Origin: Candidatus Saccharimonadales bacterium
GTDB taxonomy: Bacteria; Patescibacteriota; Saccharimonadia; QS-5-54-17
Direction: 5' to 3'
Assembly (NCBI GenBank): GCA_040903985.1
Contig: JBBDUI010000002.1
Location: forward strand, 262,038-326,037
Length of the DNA: 64,000 nt
Part shown: one piece after another, positions 1 to 9,304 of the stretch
Position numbering within the stretch: position 1 is the first letter of the stretch
How the letters are laid out: the number at the start of each line of letters is the position of its first letter
The notes under the pieces: generated by a model
Seen by the model: the letters and a program-made list of their open reading frames with translations, nothing else
Databases searched by the model: none
Told to the model about the DNA's origin: nothing
Made by a program: the position numbers and the translations under genes

Positions 1-176
1 TTATCGTCCAGCAGTCCTCGTACACTACTATCGGTTTCTTCGCGGGACTGCGACCGCTGAGCTTCATTCTTCTCGTGCAGTTGTAGCAGTAGCTTCTGCA
101 TCACCCCACGGAGGCCTAGAAATAGCGCTCCGAAGCCCAGTAGCACGATTAGTATGAGCACAACTTCCTGATTCAT
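1..176 (-). CDS. Partial CDS running off the left window edge. Only the N-terminus of a small membrane protein is present (MNQEVVLILIVLLGFGALFLGL...).
   Basis: ATG at 174-176 on the minus strand is followed by a hydrophobic TM-like segment. The frame is open to the window edge. It is shorter than the ORF-track cutoff. Confidence 0.3.
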   Translation of the reverse strand, partial: MNQEVVLILIVLLGFGALFLGLRGVMQKLLLQLHEKNEAQRSQSREETDSSVRGLLDD

Positions 177-669
177 GGTCTCTATTGTAACGGCAGTAAC
201 TTTAAATTGCGATAAAATCGGCTACAAGTCGTTAAAAGCCCGTTGACACAATATATATTATATGTTTTACTCTAATAAGTTTTTCGTTATGAAGACGCTT
301 CTTGAAGCCTTTTCACTCTAATAACGGACAACCAACCACCTTGACAGACTAGACGGAAGGAACGCATGGAGTAATTCCGGCCCATCCACCACCTCGCAAC
401 GGCTCGACGACCTTGGAGGCGCCCAGTGCGCATGGTACTCGAGAAACGCTAGCGTTTGCGCTGGATAACCACCGACTCGGCGGAACAGATCTACCGGTGG
501 CCACCGCAAACGCATCCGGGAGCAGAAGCACCCCTAAGAAAGCTCCTTCCAGGGAGCGTACAGTCCGGGGAGAGGAGAGCCACTCGACCAGGCGTCGACT
601 CGCGCGGGCGCACTTTGCCCCTCCTCTCCCCGGCCTACCCCTTTCCACACCTAGTCTGTCATCATACTC

Positions 670-692
670 GCCCTCCACCCGGAGGGCTTTTT
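670..692 (+). terminator. Rho-independent terminator-like hairpin (GCCCTCC-ACCC-GGAGGGC followed by TTTTT)
   Basis: 7-bp GC-rich stem followed by a T-run at 688-692, at the end of a GC-rich structured region. Confidence 0.45.
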
Positions 693-795
693 CCTGCCTT
701 AATTCGAATCTGAAGCCGTCACCCTCTGCAGCCACCCTACCAGTGTCATAGGGGGTAGTTGGTATAATGAAGAGAGAATAAGGGGAGGCTTAGCT

Positions 796-1026
796 ATGAC
801 CTATCAACAACGCGATGAACTACCGGAAGGCGTACGTAACGTTTTGCCAGAGCACGCCCAGGACATCTACAAGGAAGCCTACAACAGTGCCTGGGAGCAG
901 TACGAAGACCCTGCGGATCGTAAACAAGGTGGCAGCCGTGAGGAAGCCGCCCACCGGGTAGCCTGGAATGCCGTTAAACAAAAGTACGCTAAAGGCGACG
1001 ACGATAAGTGGCATCCCAAGGATTAG
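796..1026 (+). CDS. chaB: ChaB-family protein (putative cation transport regulator ChaB-like)
   Basis: 76 aa. MTYQQRDELPEGVRNVLPEHAQDIYKEAYNSAWEQY matches the ChaB N-terminal pattern. A GGAGG RBS lies about 8 nt upstream. Confidence 0.6.
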   Translation: MTYQQRDELPEGVRNVLPEHAQDIYKEAYNSAWEQYEDPADRKQGGSREEAAHRVAWNAVKQKYAKGDDDKWHPKD

Positions 1027-1490
1027 CGACCCAGATAGGCTTTAAGTTTCAAAATATCAGCCTGATCTTTGGCGCGATTAGCTACTAGCTTCCACTCCAG
1101 TACTTTCTCTAGACCTACTATCGGAATACCCTCTGTCTCTTCGGCGGACGGGAGCAGCTGCTCTAACTCCCCACCCCAATTCAACATAATCTCTACTCTG
1201 TCACAGGCTAGACCTGCATTACCATCGGGAAAGGTAATCGAAGTCCAGCCCGCCGCTTTTAGCTGATGGTAAAGATGAGACGACACTACGATATCGATAT
1301 CATCGGTCTGTCTTAAGCCGTGCAGCGCCTTAACAGCCCCGCCGACAACGACATACTCACCTTTGCCAGTGCTAACTCTACCTCTGTCGTCGGGCAGATT
1401 AAGCTCACGTATCTCACTAATAATATCTACCGCGTCCATGATCCTGAGTATAGCACTCAGTTCTTGATAGAATTTACGGCTAAGCCCCAC
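1023..1490 (-). CDS. Nucleotidyltransferase-fold protein (Lnu/ANT-like), function unknown
   Basis: 155 aa. A GG...LHGLRQTDDIDIVV motif resembles the minimal nucleotidyltransferase (Pol beta superfamily) active site. Confidence 0.4.
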   Translation of the reverse strand: MGLSRKFYQELSAILRIMDAVDIISEIRELNLPDDRGRVSTGKGEYVVVGGAVKALHGLRQTDDIDIVVSSHLYHQLKAAGWTSITFPDGNAGLACDRVEIMLNWGGELEQLLPSAEETEGIPIVGLEKVLEWKLVANRAKDQADILKLKAYLGR

Positions 1491-1685
1491 CTAGTACAGC
1501 GGCTTACTATGCAATGACAGCCCTCTCCCCACCGCACCTCTCAACTCAAACCCAAGTACACACCCCTTCCTAAGCCATGAAAAGTTGTAACAAATTTTTT
1601 GACGATCGCAAATAAATTAGTTACAAATTCGGGGTTAGAAATGGGCTGCACTAAAATGAGGTGGGTTAGGTATAATTAATCTCAT

Positions 1686-1762
1686 CGGGGTGTGGCGCAG
1701 CTTGGTAGCGCGCTGCGTTCGGGACGCAGAGGTCGCCGGTTCAAATCCGGCCACCCCGACCA
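1686..1762 (+). tRNA. tRNA-Pro (anticodon CGG)
   Basis: Cloverleaf read by eye. Acceptor CGGGGUG/CACCCCG, D-stem GCGC/GCGC, anticodon stem CUGCG/CGCAG with loop UUCGGGA, T-loop UUCAAAU. CCA is encoded. Confidence 0.85.
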
Positions 1763-1838
1763 GTAGAAGTGCTCATGATTCTATCCCCGCCCTGAGTAAG
1801 ACTGTGTCCACCCGCCCTATATCAACGGTAACTGTGGC

Positions 1839-2486
1839 TTACTCACGTTTGAGCAAGTAGCCCATCCACTGTCTGCCCTCTACTTCCGTATCGGTACTCT
1901 GTAATAATTTCAACGGCTGAAACGGTGCAACCGAAAGTAGTTCAATAAAATCTTCCTGGCTATAAAAGCGACGAAACCTAACTGATTTAGCATGAAAATT
2001 CGTCTTTTCCGCATAACCTTCACATGATACCTCATGCTGAGTGGTCGACACCAAAGCAATGCCACCGGAAGACAACAGTTGGTACATTTTCCGAACTATA
2101 GTCTCTGCATCATCTCGAGTAAACAGATGAATAAATGCAACAGCAAAGATAGCGTTAAACTTCTGCCCCTTAAAGTCGTGGCTCATAAACTCATCTACTA
2201 TTAGTTCAGCGGCAGGAGCCGTAATCTGAGCTAATCTTGCCATTGGCTCCGAGAACTCAATAGTAGTCACCTGGTACCCCCTATCACACAGTAGTTTAGC
2301 CGCGTAGCCTGAACCCGGCCCTAATTCCAGTACCCTAATATCGGTGGCTGGGTATTCTAGGTCTAAGTAGTCACTAAGCTCCCTCACTAACGCAGCTGTA
2401 TTCTCACTCCTTAGCCGTTTTTTAGCTTGAAACTCTGGGGCGGTGGCATCGTAAGCCGCTTGATTAATACTGATGTAGTCTTTCAT
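1839..2486 (-). CDS. Class I SAM-dependent methyltransferase
   Basis: 215 aa. VLELGPGSGYAAKLL is the glycine-rich SAM-binding motif I. Confidence 0.7.
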   Translation of the reverse strand: MKDYISINQAAYDATAPEFQAKKRLRSENTAALVRELSDYLDLEYPATDIRVLELGPGSGYAAKLLCDRGYQVTTIEFSEPMARLAQITAPAAELIVDEFMSHDFKGQKFNAIFAVAFIHLFTRDDAETIVRKMYQLLSSGGIALVSTTQHEVSCEGYAEKTNFHAKSVRFRRFYSQEDFIELLSVAPFQPLKLLQSTDTEVEGRQWMGYLLKRE

Positions 2487-2537
2487 CTCCTAGATGATAG
2501 CAGAGCCATAGAGGCAGTGGATATAACCGACTCTATG

Positions 2538-3044
2538 TTAGCGAAACCACTTCTGGTACAACGCTGGCAGCTGTGCCACCTGGCGCTTAGCTGGTCGTCG
2601 CTTTGGCTTGGCTTGGGGGTGATTACTCCGTATGAAGGCCCCCCAGTGCTCCTTCAGCCACTGCTGTTGCTCATCGTAGAGTGCGACCAAACCTCGCCCC
2701 GCAAACTCTTGGCGGATTACCCCGCCGGCATGCGGATACCGGTGCTGCGTCTCCTCCGCTCCGGAGTTAAACCCGTGAGCATAGTGGCAGAGCTCGTGCA
2801 CTATCACCGACTGAACTAAGAACTCCGGTATCTCCGACTGGCGAAACCACCCATTAATTCTAATTACCGACTGGCTACTCTGCTTCGGATCGACACTGAT
2901 CGAGCCCAGCCGGCGTTTAGCCCGGCGACCGAATTCTATGCGTAGATTATTCACGCGCTCGACGTCACTAAAATAGTCACGCCAGGTACGGCTTAGTAGA
3001 TCCTCCAGCCAAGCTTGATCGCGATGTAGATTAACTTTTACCAT
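2538..3044 (-). CDS. YgjP/DUF45 (SprT-like) family metal-dependent hydrolase
   Basis: 168 aa. VIVHELCHYAHG contains an HExxH zinc motif in the DUF45/WLM-like context. Confidence 0.5.
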   Translation of the reverse strand: MVKVNLHRDQAWLEDLLSRTWRDYFSDVERVNNLRIEFGRRAKRRLGSISVDPKQSSQSVIRINGWFRQSEIPEFLVQSVIVHELCHYAHGFNSGAEETQHRYPHAGGVIRQEFAGRGLVALYDEQQQWLKEHWGAFIRSNHPQAKPKRRPAKRQVAQLPALYQKWFR

Positions 3045-3331
3045 TCCCCTACTCTACACTTTTTTATGAATTCTAGCAGTCGATTTAGTGCCACTCAGAC
3101 GAAACGAACACACTAGCGTGCCAACCGAAAATCATCGATTTTCATCCTTAAATTCCAACTAGCCAAATATGGCTAGTTAGCTAAGACTGTATTTAAAACA
3201 ATAAATCCAGTATTCGATCGATTTAGGGTCAATACACACCGCTAATAGCGACGGACTTGATGGGCATGTCTCAGAGCTATAACAGATAGTTCGTAGTTAT
3301 AATTACTACGCTATTTTCAGGATATCCTGCA

Positions 3332-4930
3332 CTACATCGTTTTACGAGGCGACACACCCATAAGGGCGAAGTAAGTCTCGAAAACCTGCTCCAATTGAGC
3401 CAGGAAGTAGAGCTTTTCTGCCGCTTTTGCGGGCGGCAAATCGATGATCTTCTCCTGCTCATACCAGTCGTGAAATAACCGGGCCAATTCCTGTCCGAAG
3501 AAAGTTAACTTATGCACTTCGTAGGTGCGAGCGATAGTCCCTAGAAGCTCCGGCAGTTCCGCTACTTGGCGCACAATAGCCTGCTCACCAGCACTAAGCT
3601 CACCCAGTGCTGAACCTGGCTTCAACTGCTGCTCAGCCGCCTTATTATTAATCGCCTGCAGGCGTACATATGCATACATTACGTACCAAAACGGGTTCTT
3701 CTGACTCTGTTCAGCCGCCAAATCAAGGTCGAAATCCATATGCGTGTCGTTACTGCGCATCAACATAAACCAGCGGGCCACATCTGTTCCGACCCGCTCT
3801 ACCAACTCATCTACCGTTACATAAGTCCCGGCTCGTTTACTGATCTTAAACTCCCGTCCGTCTTTAATTAGCCGCACCCACTGAACAATGAGAAACTCGA
3901 TCTCTTTCCCTGTAAATAGCTGATTAACTGTCAACTTCAGTGATGGGACCTGACCAGCGTGATCCGCCCCCCATACCTTTATCGCGCGATCAAACTCACG
4001 GTTAACGAAAACATCGTGATGGTAGGCGATATCGTTAGCCAAATAGGTTAGGTCACCGCTAGATTTAATCAACACTCGATCACGTTCATCGCCAAAAACA
4101 GTACTCTTAAGCCATAAAGCACCCTCGCGCTCCTCTAATAAGCCTTGGGAGTCCAGCTGTTGTCGGATGCCATCGAACTCCGTGCTAATAACTCGTTCGT
4201 TAGTAAAACGATCGAAAGTGATATTAGCGGCGGCTAGGGCCGGTTTAATGTAGGTGTCAAAGATATGGTTGGTGAGCAAAATCCCTTCTTCTACTGGGGT
4301 AGACTCAACTAAACCAGCGATCTGGTGGCGCAGCTTAGGGTGCTGGGCCACTTCCTGCATATACTCTCCCCTATAAGGGGTGTCGTCGTCCACCTTGTCT
4401 GTGACATGAGCAGTATAACTCTCCAGCAGCTTGCCGATCTGGGTGCCGGCATCATTAAAGTAGTACTCCCGTGTCACCTCATACCCCTGAGAAGTAAGGA
4501 CATTGCTCAATACATCACCGATAAAGCCGCCGCGCGCATTCCCTAGGGTCAAGGGACCGGTCGGGTTAGCAGAAATGTATTCGACTTGAACTTTCTCCCC
4601 GCTACCCCTGTTACTACGGGCAAAGTTATCATCGATAGCCACAAAATAATCCCGCCAGTAAGGCTCAGACAGGCGGAGATTGATGAAGCCTGGTGCCGCT
4701 GCTTCGGCTTGGGTGATATTCTGGTCGACTAGCTCGAGTGCTAACTCTTCCGCAATCGCTAGCGGCGAGCGACCCAGTTCTTTAGCCAGCTGAAAAGCGA
4801 TATTAGTAGCATAATCTCCCTGCTCGGCAGGTGGCAACGCTATATCTACCCCTGTTATATCAAGATCATAGCACTCTTTGACCCGCTGCCGGATAGTTGT
4901 TTGTAGGCTCTCTCTTATGCTCATTACCAT
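3332..4930 (-). CDS. argS: Arginine--tRNA ligase
   Basis: 532 aa. ISANPTGPLTLGNARGG is the class I HIGH-region equivalent of ArgRS. The C-terminal KISKRAG resembles the KMSK motif. Length is typical. Confidence 0.9.
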   Translation of the reverse strand: MVMSIRESLQTTIRQRVKECYDLDITGVDIALPPAEQGDYATNIAFQLAKELGRSPLAIAEELALELVDQNITQAEAAAPGFINLRLSEPYWRDYFVAIDDNFARSNRGSGEKVQVEYISANPTGPLTLGNARGGFIGDVLSNVLTSQGYEVTREYYFNDAGTQIGKLLESYTAHVTDKVDDDTPYRGEYMQEVAQHPKLRHQIAGLVESTPVEEGILLTNHIFDTYIKPALAAANITFDRFTNERVISTEFDGIRQQLDSQGLLEEREGALWLKSTVFGDERDRVLIKSSGDLTYLANDIAYHHDVFVNREFDRAIKVWGADHAGQVPSLKLTVNQLFTGKEIEFLIVQWVRLIKDGREFKISKRAGTYVTVDELVERVGTDVARWFMLMRSNDTHMDFDLDLAAEQSQKNPFWYVMYAYVRLQAINNKAAEQQLKPGSALGELSAGEQAIVRQVAELPELLGTIARTYEVHKLTFFGQELARLFHDWYEQEKIIDLPPAKAAEKLYFLAQLEQVFETYFALMGVSPRKTM

Positions 4931-4964
4931 TCATTATACGCATTTGATAGGTATAATCGAAGGG

Positions 4965-5399
4965 ATGAAGATAATCGCGAAGAACAAACGAGCTAGATTT
5001 GACTACGATATCACCGACACCTTAACTGCCGGTCTAATTCTGCGTGGTACAGAGGTCAAAAGCGTCAAAGACGGGTCGATCAGCCTCAAGGGCAGCTATA
5101 TTCGTTTCATTAATGACGTGCCCCACCTCACCGGAGCCCATATATCCCCTTACGCCCCGGCGGCCACACAGCACGAGCCGGAACGCGACCGTCCATTGCT
5201 ACTACATAAGGCCGAGATTGCTCGCCTGCGGGCTGCGCAAAACGACGGCCAACATATATTGCCGCTGGCCGTCGGCTTAGTACGAAACTTAGTTAAGCTA
5301 GAAATCGGACTAGGTACTTCGCGCAAAAAACACGACAAACGCGAAGTACTTAAGCGCCGCGATGCTCGACGCCAAATCGACCGCGCCTTAAAACGATAA
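4965..5399 (+). CDS. smpB: SsrA-binding protein SmpB
   Basis: MKIIAKNKRARFDYDITDTLTAGLILRGTEVKSVKDG... is the canonical SmpB N-terminus. The start was chosen at the internal ATG that has an AAGGGA RBS. The basic C-terminal tail is present. Confidence 0.85.
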   Translation: MKIIAKNKRARFDYDITDTLTAGLILRGTEVKSVKDGSISLKGSYIRFINDVPHLTGAHISPYAPAATQHEPERDRPLLLHKAEIARLRAAQNDGQHILPLAVGLVRNLVKLEIGLGTSRKKHDKREVLKRRDARRQIDRALKR

Positions 5400-5425
5400 T
5401 TTTATTATAAAACGCTAAAATATTG

Positions 5426-5454
5426 TTGACACTAGCATAAGAGTTGTATATCTT
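5426..5454 (+). promoter_or_regulatory. Sigma70-like promoter candidate (TTGACA, 17-nt spacer, TATCTT)
   Basis: The -35 hexamer is perfect and the -10 is imperfect. It lies in the smpB-gspE intergenic region upstream of an A/CA-rich non-coding stretch. Confidence 0.35.
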
Positions 5455-5597
5455 AAGTATATGCACTTTGAATAACAAAAGTGCTCAAAAACAAAAACGT
5501 AAAATAAAGCTCCCTAAGCAACGGCTTACCAAAGCCGTTGCTTACCTAAAAATCAACAGACAAAATAACACACAAACACATCAAACACATCAATAAA

Positions 5598-5627
5598 AAG
5601 CCCCGAAACAAACTCGGGGTTTTTTAT
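5598..5627 (+). terminator. Rho-independent terminator (CCCCGA-AACAAAC-TCGGGG followed by TTTTTT)
   Basis: GC stem followed by a T6 run, located between smpB and the downstream ATPase gene. Confidence 0.6.
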
Positions 5628-5692
5628 TGCCGTAAGCTAAGTAGCTATGTCGCTTATGGTATTTAAGGCCAAAATCGACTACCATACACTAT

Positions 5693-7351
5693 ATGAATAA
5701 GGCGGATGAGGCGGTACGAAATAAGGAAGAGCAAGCGGCCAAAAGCCGGGCCGACTTGCTCCGTGTCAGCTACACCGATTCCCGCCAATTAGACGAGTCG
5801 AGCTTCTACCCCGACCTATTGAGCCTAGATGAAATCGATCGTTATAAAGTTGTGCCGGTTAGTGTGGACGCCCAGCAGCTCCAGGTCGGCTTTAGCCTGC
5901 AGACACCGCAAACCAGCTTGGAGGAGCTGCCAAAACTCTTTCCCGAGCACCGCGTCTTCTTTACCTATCTGTCCCAGTCCGGTTTCGACGCCTTGCGCCA
6001 ACGTCACTACGAGCATGCCCACCGTGACGATCCGAAACCGCCCAGTCCGCATGAACTAGCCGACCAGTTAGCCGACCAAATCCTCGAGACTCACCAACAG
6101 TTGAAAGATAGCACCGAGATCGATCTCTTCGGGGATACACTCGATAGCACCCAGCAGTCGGAACTGTTTAACTTCATCGCCCAGCAAGCCTACCTTCTCG
6201 ACTCCTCCGATGTGCATATCGAGCCAGAACCGAGCGGCGCCCGCATCCGCTTTCGGATCGACGGTCGGCTACACGTAGTCGGTCGACTCACAGAAGAGCG
6301 CTATAAAGTACTACTAAACGAGATCCAGATGCAGGCGCACATCCGCTGGAACGCCGACTACCCGCAGACCGGTAGCACCAAAGCTACCCTGATCGGTAAA
6401 GACAAACAGAACGTCGAGGTTAACATGCGGGTAGAGACGGTGCCGACGCTGCACGGAAGTGACGTAGTGGTACGGATCTTCAATCTTCAAGAAGAGTACC
6501 TCAGCCTCGATAACTTGGGATTAAGCGAACGCCAGCGGGAAGTGGTCGATACTATCGTCTCTCGCCCGCACGGCTTGGTGCTAACTGTCGGCCCGACCGG
6601 CTCCGGCAAAAGCTCGACTCTCTACTCTATCCTGCACCAGCTCAACTCAACCGAGGTTAAGATCATCACCCTGGAAGATCCGGTCGAGTATCAAATATCT
6701 GGCATTACCCAGATTCCGGTCGTCACTGATGACAAGGAGCTGGATACCGATGATGCCTTCATGACCAACCTACGTGCCGTCATGCGAGAAGACCCCGATA
6801 TCATCATGATCGGTGAGATTCGTGACAAAGAAACAGCCCGTACCGCCCTCCAAGCCTCTCTGACCGGCCATCTCGTCCTCTCTACCTTCCACGCTACCAA
6901 CGGAGCCGCCGCTCTTAGCCGCCTGTTGGACCTTATCGACTATAACCCTCTCCTAGCCTCTGCTATCCGCCTCATCATGCCTCAGCGGCTCCTACGCCGT
7001 CTCTGCGAACACTGTAAGGTTGCCTACACACCCGATCCTAGTGTGATAGCGACGATTACGAAGGCCATGCAGGGCCTGCCCGACCTGCCAGCCGAGATTA
7101 TGCTCTACAAGCCAGTCGGCTGCGATCAGTGCCACAACATCGGCTATCAGGGCCGACTCAGTATCCTAGAACAGTTCGAAATGAGTCCGGCTATTAACGA
7201 AGAGATCTCCAGTAACCGCGACCTCTCGGTCGAGCGCCTGCAGGAGCTGGCCATCAGCGAAGGGATGATAACTATGCTGCAGGACGGGATTACTAAAGCG
7301 CTGGGCGGGGAGACCTCAATTGAGGAAGTACTGCGCGTCGTCGACCTATAG
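5693..7351 (+). CDS. GspE/PilB-family secretion ATPase (type II secretion, type IV pilus or competence family)
   Basis: 552 aa. Walker A is GPTGSGKSST. The Asp/His boxes and the C-terminal CxxC...CxxC zinc motif (CEHC...CDQC) are present. It is a second copy, separate from the pilus cluster. Confidence 0.85.
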   Translation: MNKADEAVRNKEEQAAKSRADLLRVSYTDSRQLDESSFYPDLLSLDEIDRYKVVPVSVDAQQLQVGFSLQTPQTSLEELPKLFPEHRVFFTYLSQSGFDALRQRHYEHAHRDDPKPPSPHELADQLADQILETHQQLKDSTEIDLFGDTLDSTQQSELFNFIAQQAYLLDSSDVHIEPEPSGARIRFRIDGRLHVVGRLTEERYKVLLNEIQMQAHIRWNADYPQTGSTKATLIGKDKQNVEVNMRVETVPTLHGSDVVVRIFNLQEEYLSLDNLGLSERQREVVDTIVSRPHGLVLTVGPTGSGKSSTLYSILHQLNSTEVKIITLEDPVEYQISGITQIPVVTDDKELDTDDAFMTNLRAVMREDPDIIMIGEIRDKETARTALQASLTGHLVLSTFHATNGAAALSRLLDLIDYNPLLASAIRLIMPQRLLRRLCEHCKVAYTPDPSVIATITKAMQGLPDLPAEIMLYKPVGCDQCHNIGYQGRLSILEQFEMSPAINEEISSNRDLSVERLQELAISEGMITMLQDGITKALGGETSIEEVLRVVDL

Positions 7352-8614
7352 GAGCGTGGTGCGATAGTCCCGCACTAGCTGGGCGAAGACGGCGTTAGTC
7401 CAGCCAAAGCCGACTTGGTTAGGATAGACGCCATCTTTAGGCGGGACGGCGATATCTACTACGTTATATTTCTCGAAAAACTCACCCGAATTGATAAAGC
7501 CCTGCAGATTGTTGTGCAGCCAACGGTGAGCGATTCTAGCGGCCAATTCCTCATAGCCATATCTGGCTAGTCCTCGGATAGTTAACAGATGTAATGGCGC
7601 CCAACCGTTAGGATGAGACCACTGCGCCGGCTGGTGTTCGGCCACGTGAGGATATTCTAAGGTTGTAGCTAATCCACCGTACTCTTCGAACTTCTCGATG
7701 TGCGCCGCTAAGTGCGCCGCTTGCTCGGCACTAGCCATGCCAGACCAGAGGGCATAATAAGCCGCTAGCGACCAAACGTTCGAGTGACGACCGGTCTGGT
7801 AGTTATGATCGAAGTAAAAGCCAGCCTTAGGATTCCAGAGATACTTATCGACCGTCTTGCGCCGCTCCTGAGCCAGTTCCTGCCACTGCTCGGCCTCTTG
7901 CGGTTTGCCCAGGATTAAGGCCGCCCGGGCAAAATCACTCTCGCACTTAAACAACAGCGCATTGAGGTCGATCGGGGTGTAGTCCAGCGCTCGCCCGTGA
8001 AAGCGAGTGGTGTAGTCCCAGCCACTCTCACACTCAGCCAGATCATTGAGCACATTTATCTCGTAATTTCGGCTTAGGCCATGGAAAACATCACGCCAGT
8101 GCGGCTGTTCTCGGCCGCGCCAGACGTTACGATACTCCAGCTTGGCCAGCTCGATGCGCGGTGCCAGCCACTCCTTACTACCGTCGTGATCGTAGAGGTC
8201 GAGTAGAAGCGAGCTTAGCAGAGGTGGCTGCGAACGTGAGGTGAGATATAGCCGATTGCCGGTCGGCACCATGCCGAAGCGCTTTAGGAGGTGTAGTAGA
8301 TTGTCGGCCTGTTCGTAGGCCTGATGCTCCCGACTAGTACCGAGCAGGCTGAGGGCGATAAAGTAGGTATCCCAGTAGTACATCTCCTTATGGATAAAGC
8401 CATTTCTCGGCTTACTACCCGGGGTGAAATAAGGATGTGGAACGCCGATTAGTGTCTCAGTATCGGTCGGACAGGCTGTCTCTAACTGCCCCCACTTCGC
8501 CTCGATATAGCCCATAGCCCGCTCGACGCTAGCTTGATTCAGGCGGGGCGGCAGACGCAACAACAGGTCATCACCAGTTCTAGTTTTAATCTTAGTAGTA
8601 AGCTCTCGGGCCAC
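7346..8614 (-). CDS. treA: Trehalase (glycoside hydrolase family 37)
   Basis: 422 aa. FIHKEMYYWDTYF matches trehalase signature 1 (...Y-x-W-D-x-Y). QWSHPNGWAPLH matches signature 2 (QWDxPxGWxP). Confidence 0.8.
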   Translation of the reverse strand: MARELTTKIKTRTGDDLLLRLPPRLNQASVERAMGYIEAKWGQLETACPTDTETLIGVPHPYFTPGSKPRNGFIHKEMYYWDTYFIALSLLGTSREHQAYEQADNLLHLLKRFGMVPTGNRLYLTSRSQPPLLSSLLLDLYDHDGSKEWLAPRIELAKLEYRNVWRGREQPHWRDVFHGLSRNYEINVLNDLAECESGWDYTTRFHGRALDYTPIDLNALLFKCESDFARAALILGKPQEAEQWQELAQERRKTVDKYLWNPKAGFYFDHNYQTGRHSNVWSLAAYYALWSGMASAEQAAHLAAHIEKFEEYGGLATTLEYPHVAEHQPAQWSHPNGWAPLHLLTIRGLARYGYEELAARIAHRWLHNNLQGFINSGEFFEKYNVVDIAVPPKDGVYPNQVGFGWTNAVFAQLVRDYRTTLL

Positions 8615-8746
8615 CCTGCCTCACTTTTCTCTAGTTCTCTTGTCCACTACTATAGCGCTTGTGGTTATGAGGGTCAAAGCAAGGACGCTTAACTATTTCC
8701 TATGTTTCAGCTACTATAGCGAGAACTAACCTGTGAGGTTTTACCT

Positions 8747-8953
8747 ATGGAGCGCAAAAACCAGACATCTCTACCTCATGTATACTTAATCGGGACAGCA
8801 GCAGCTCTGCTGGTATCAGCGACTCTGGCACCAAATGAAACTACACCGGTACGGAAACCTACCCCAGAAACTGTAGCTGCTGGTCAAGTTGCAGCTTATT
8901 TACCGGAAGATGCGAGTGAGTTACCTAGACTGAAGATGAATCGGGTTAGGTAA
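8747..8953 (+). CDS. Hypothetical small protein (hydrophobic N-terminus) in the low-GC island
   Basis: 68-aa ORF. No recognisable family. Confidence 0.25.
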   Translation: MERKNQTSLPHVYLIGTAAALLVSATLAPNETTPVRKPTPETVAAGQVAAYLPEDASELPRLKMNRVR

Positions 8954-9071
8954 GCTAATGAATATATGACGAGAACTCACTGCATTCTATTTAGCCGCAA
9001 TCTACATTGTGCTATTATTAATTCTCTTTTAGATTTATAATTAAAGTTAACAATTCAAGCTGGGAGCAGCA

Positions 9072-9302
9072 ATGATATTTTCATATGATAAGGAATACAA
9101 ATCTAGAATTCTAGATTCTTTTAGTCTTGCAGCACAAGAAGGTCAGGTCGTAGACAAGAGCACCGGCAGGCCAGTGCCAGACAACCTCGGCGGAAAGCTT
9201 ACTGTAAAGAGATTTGGCGGGATAAGAAAAGGATCGCTTGAATTTATTAATAAAGACGCCTCTTCACTTATACGGCTTAGACAAAAACTAAAGGAAAAAT
9301 AA
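9072..9302 (+). CDS. Hypothetical protein (island)
   Basis: 76-aa ORF that ends 2 nt before the next ORF (9305), so the two are probably one operon. The region is AT-rich. Confidence 0.3.
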   Translation: MIFSYDKEYKSRILDSFSLAAQEGQVVDKSTGRPVPDNLGGKLTVKRFGGIRKGSLEFINKDASSLIRLRQKLKEK

Positions 9303-9304
9303 TC

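Noticed and set aside
540-640. Possible SRP (4.5S) RNA, from a CAGUCCGGGGAGAGGAGAGCC resemblance to the domain IV CAGGUCCGGAAGGAAGCAGCC
   Set aside because: It lacks the GNRA (GGAA) tetraloop context and the conserved 3' GGCAGAUGAC partner. The resemblance is superficial.
349-751. Three overlapping ORFs (349..735 on the minus strand, 413..751 and 456..713 on the plus strand) with Pro/Ser/Arg/Gly-rich translations
   Set aside because: They overlap each other in a GC-rich, stop-poor, highly self-complementary region. They have no RBS and low-complexity products, so they are not coding. The region is better treated as a possible structured RNA or foreign remnant.
2427-2819. Antisense or overlapping ORFs inside well-supported genes (for example 2427..2819, 4325..4546, 5044..5280, 21218..21661, 23596..23870, 53779..54184, 55310..55899)
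   Set aside because: Each overlaps a longer ORF with clear homology on the opposite strand or in another frame, and none has family support.
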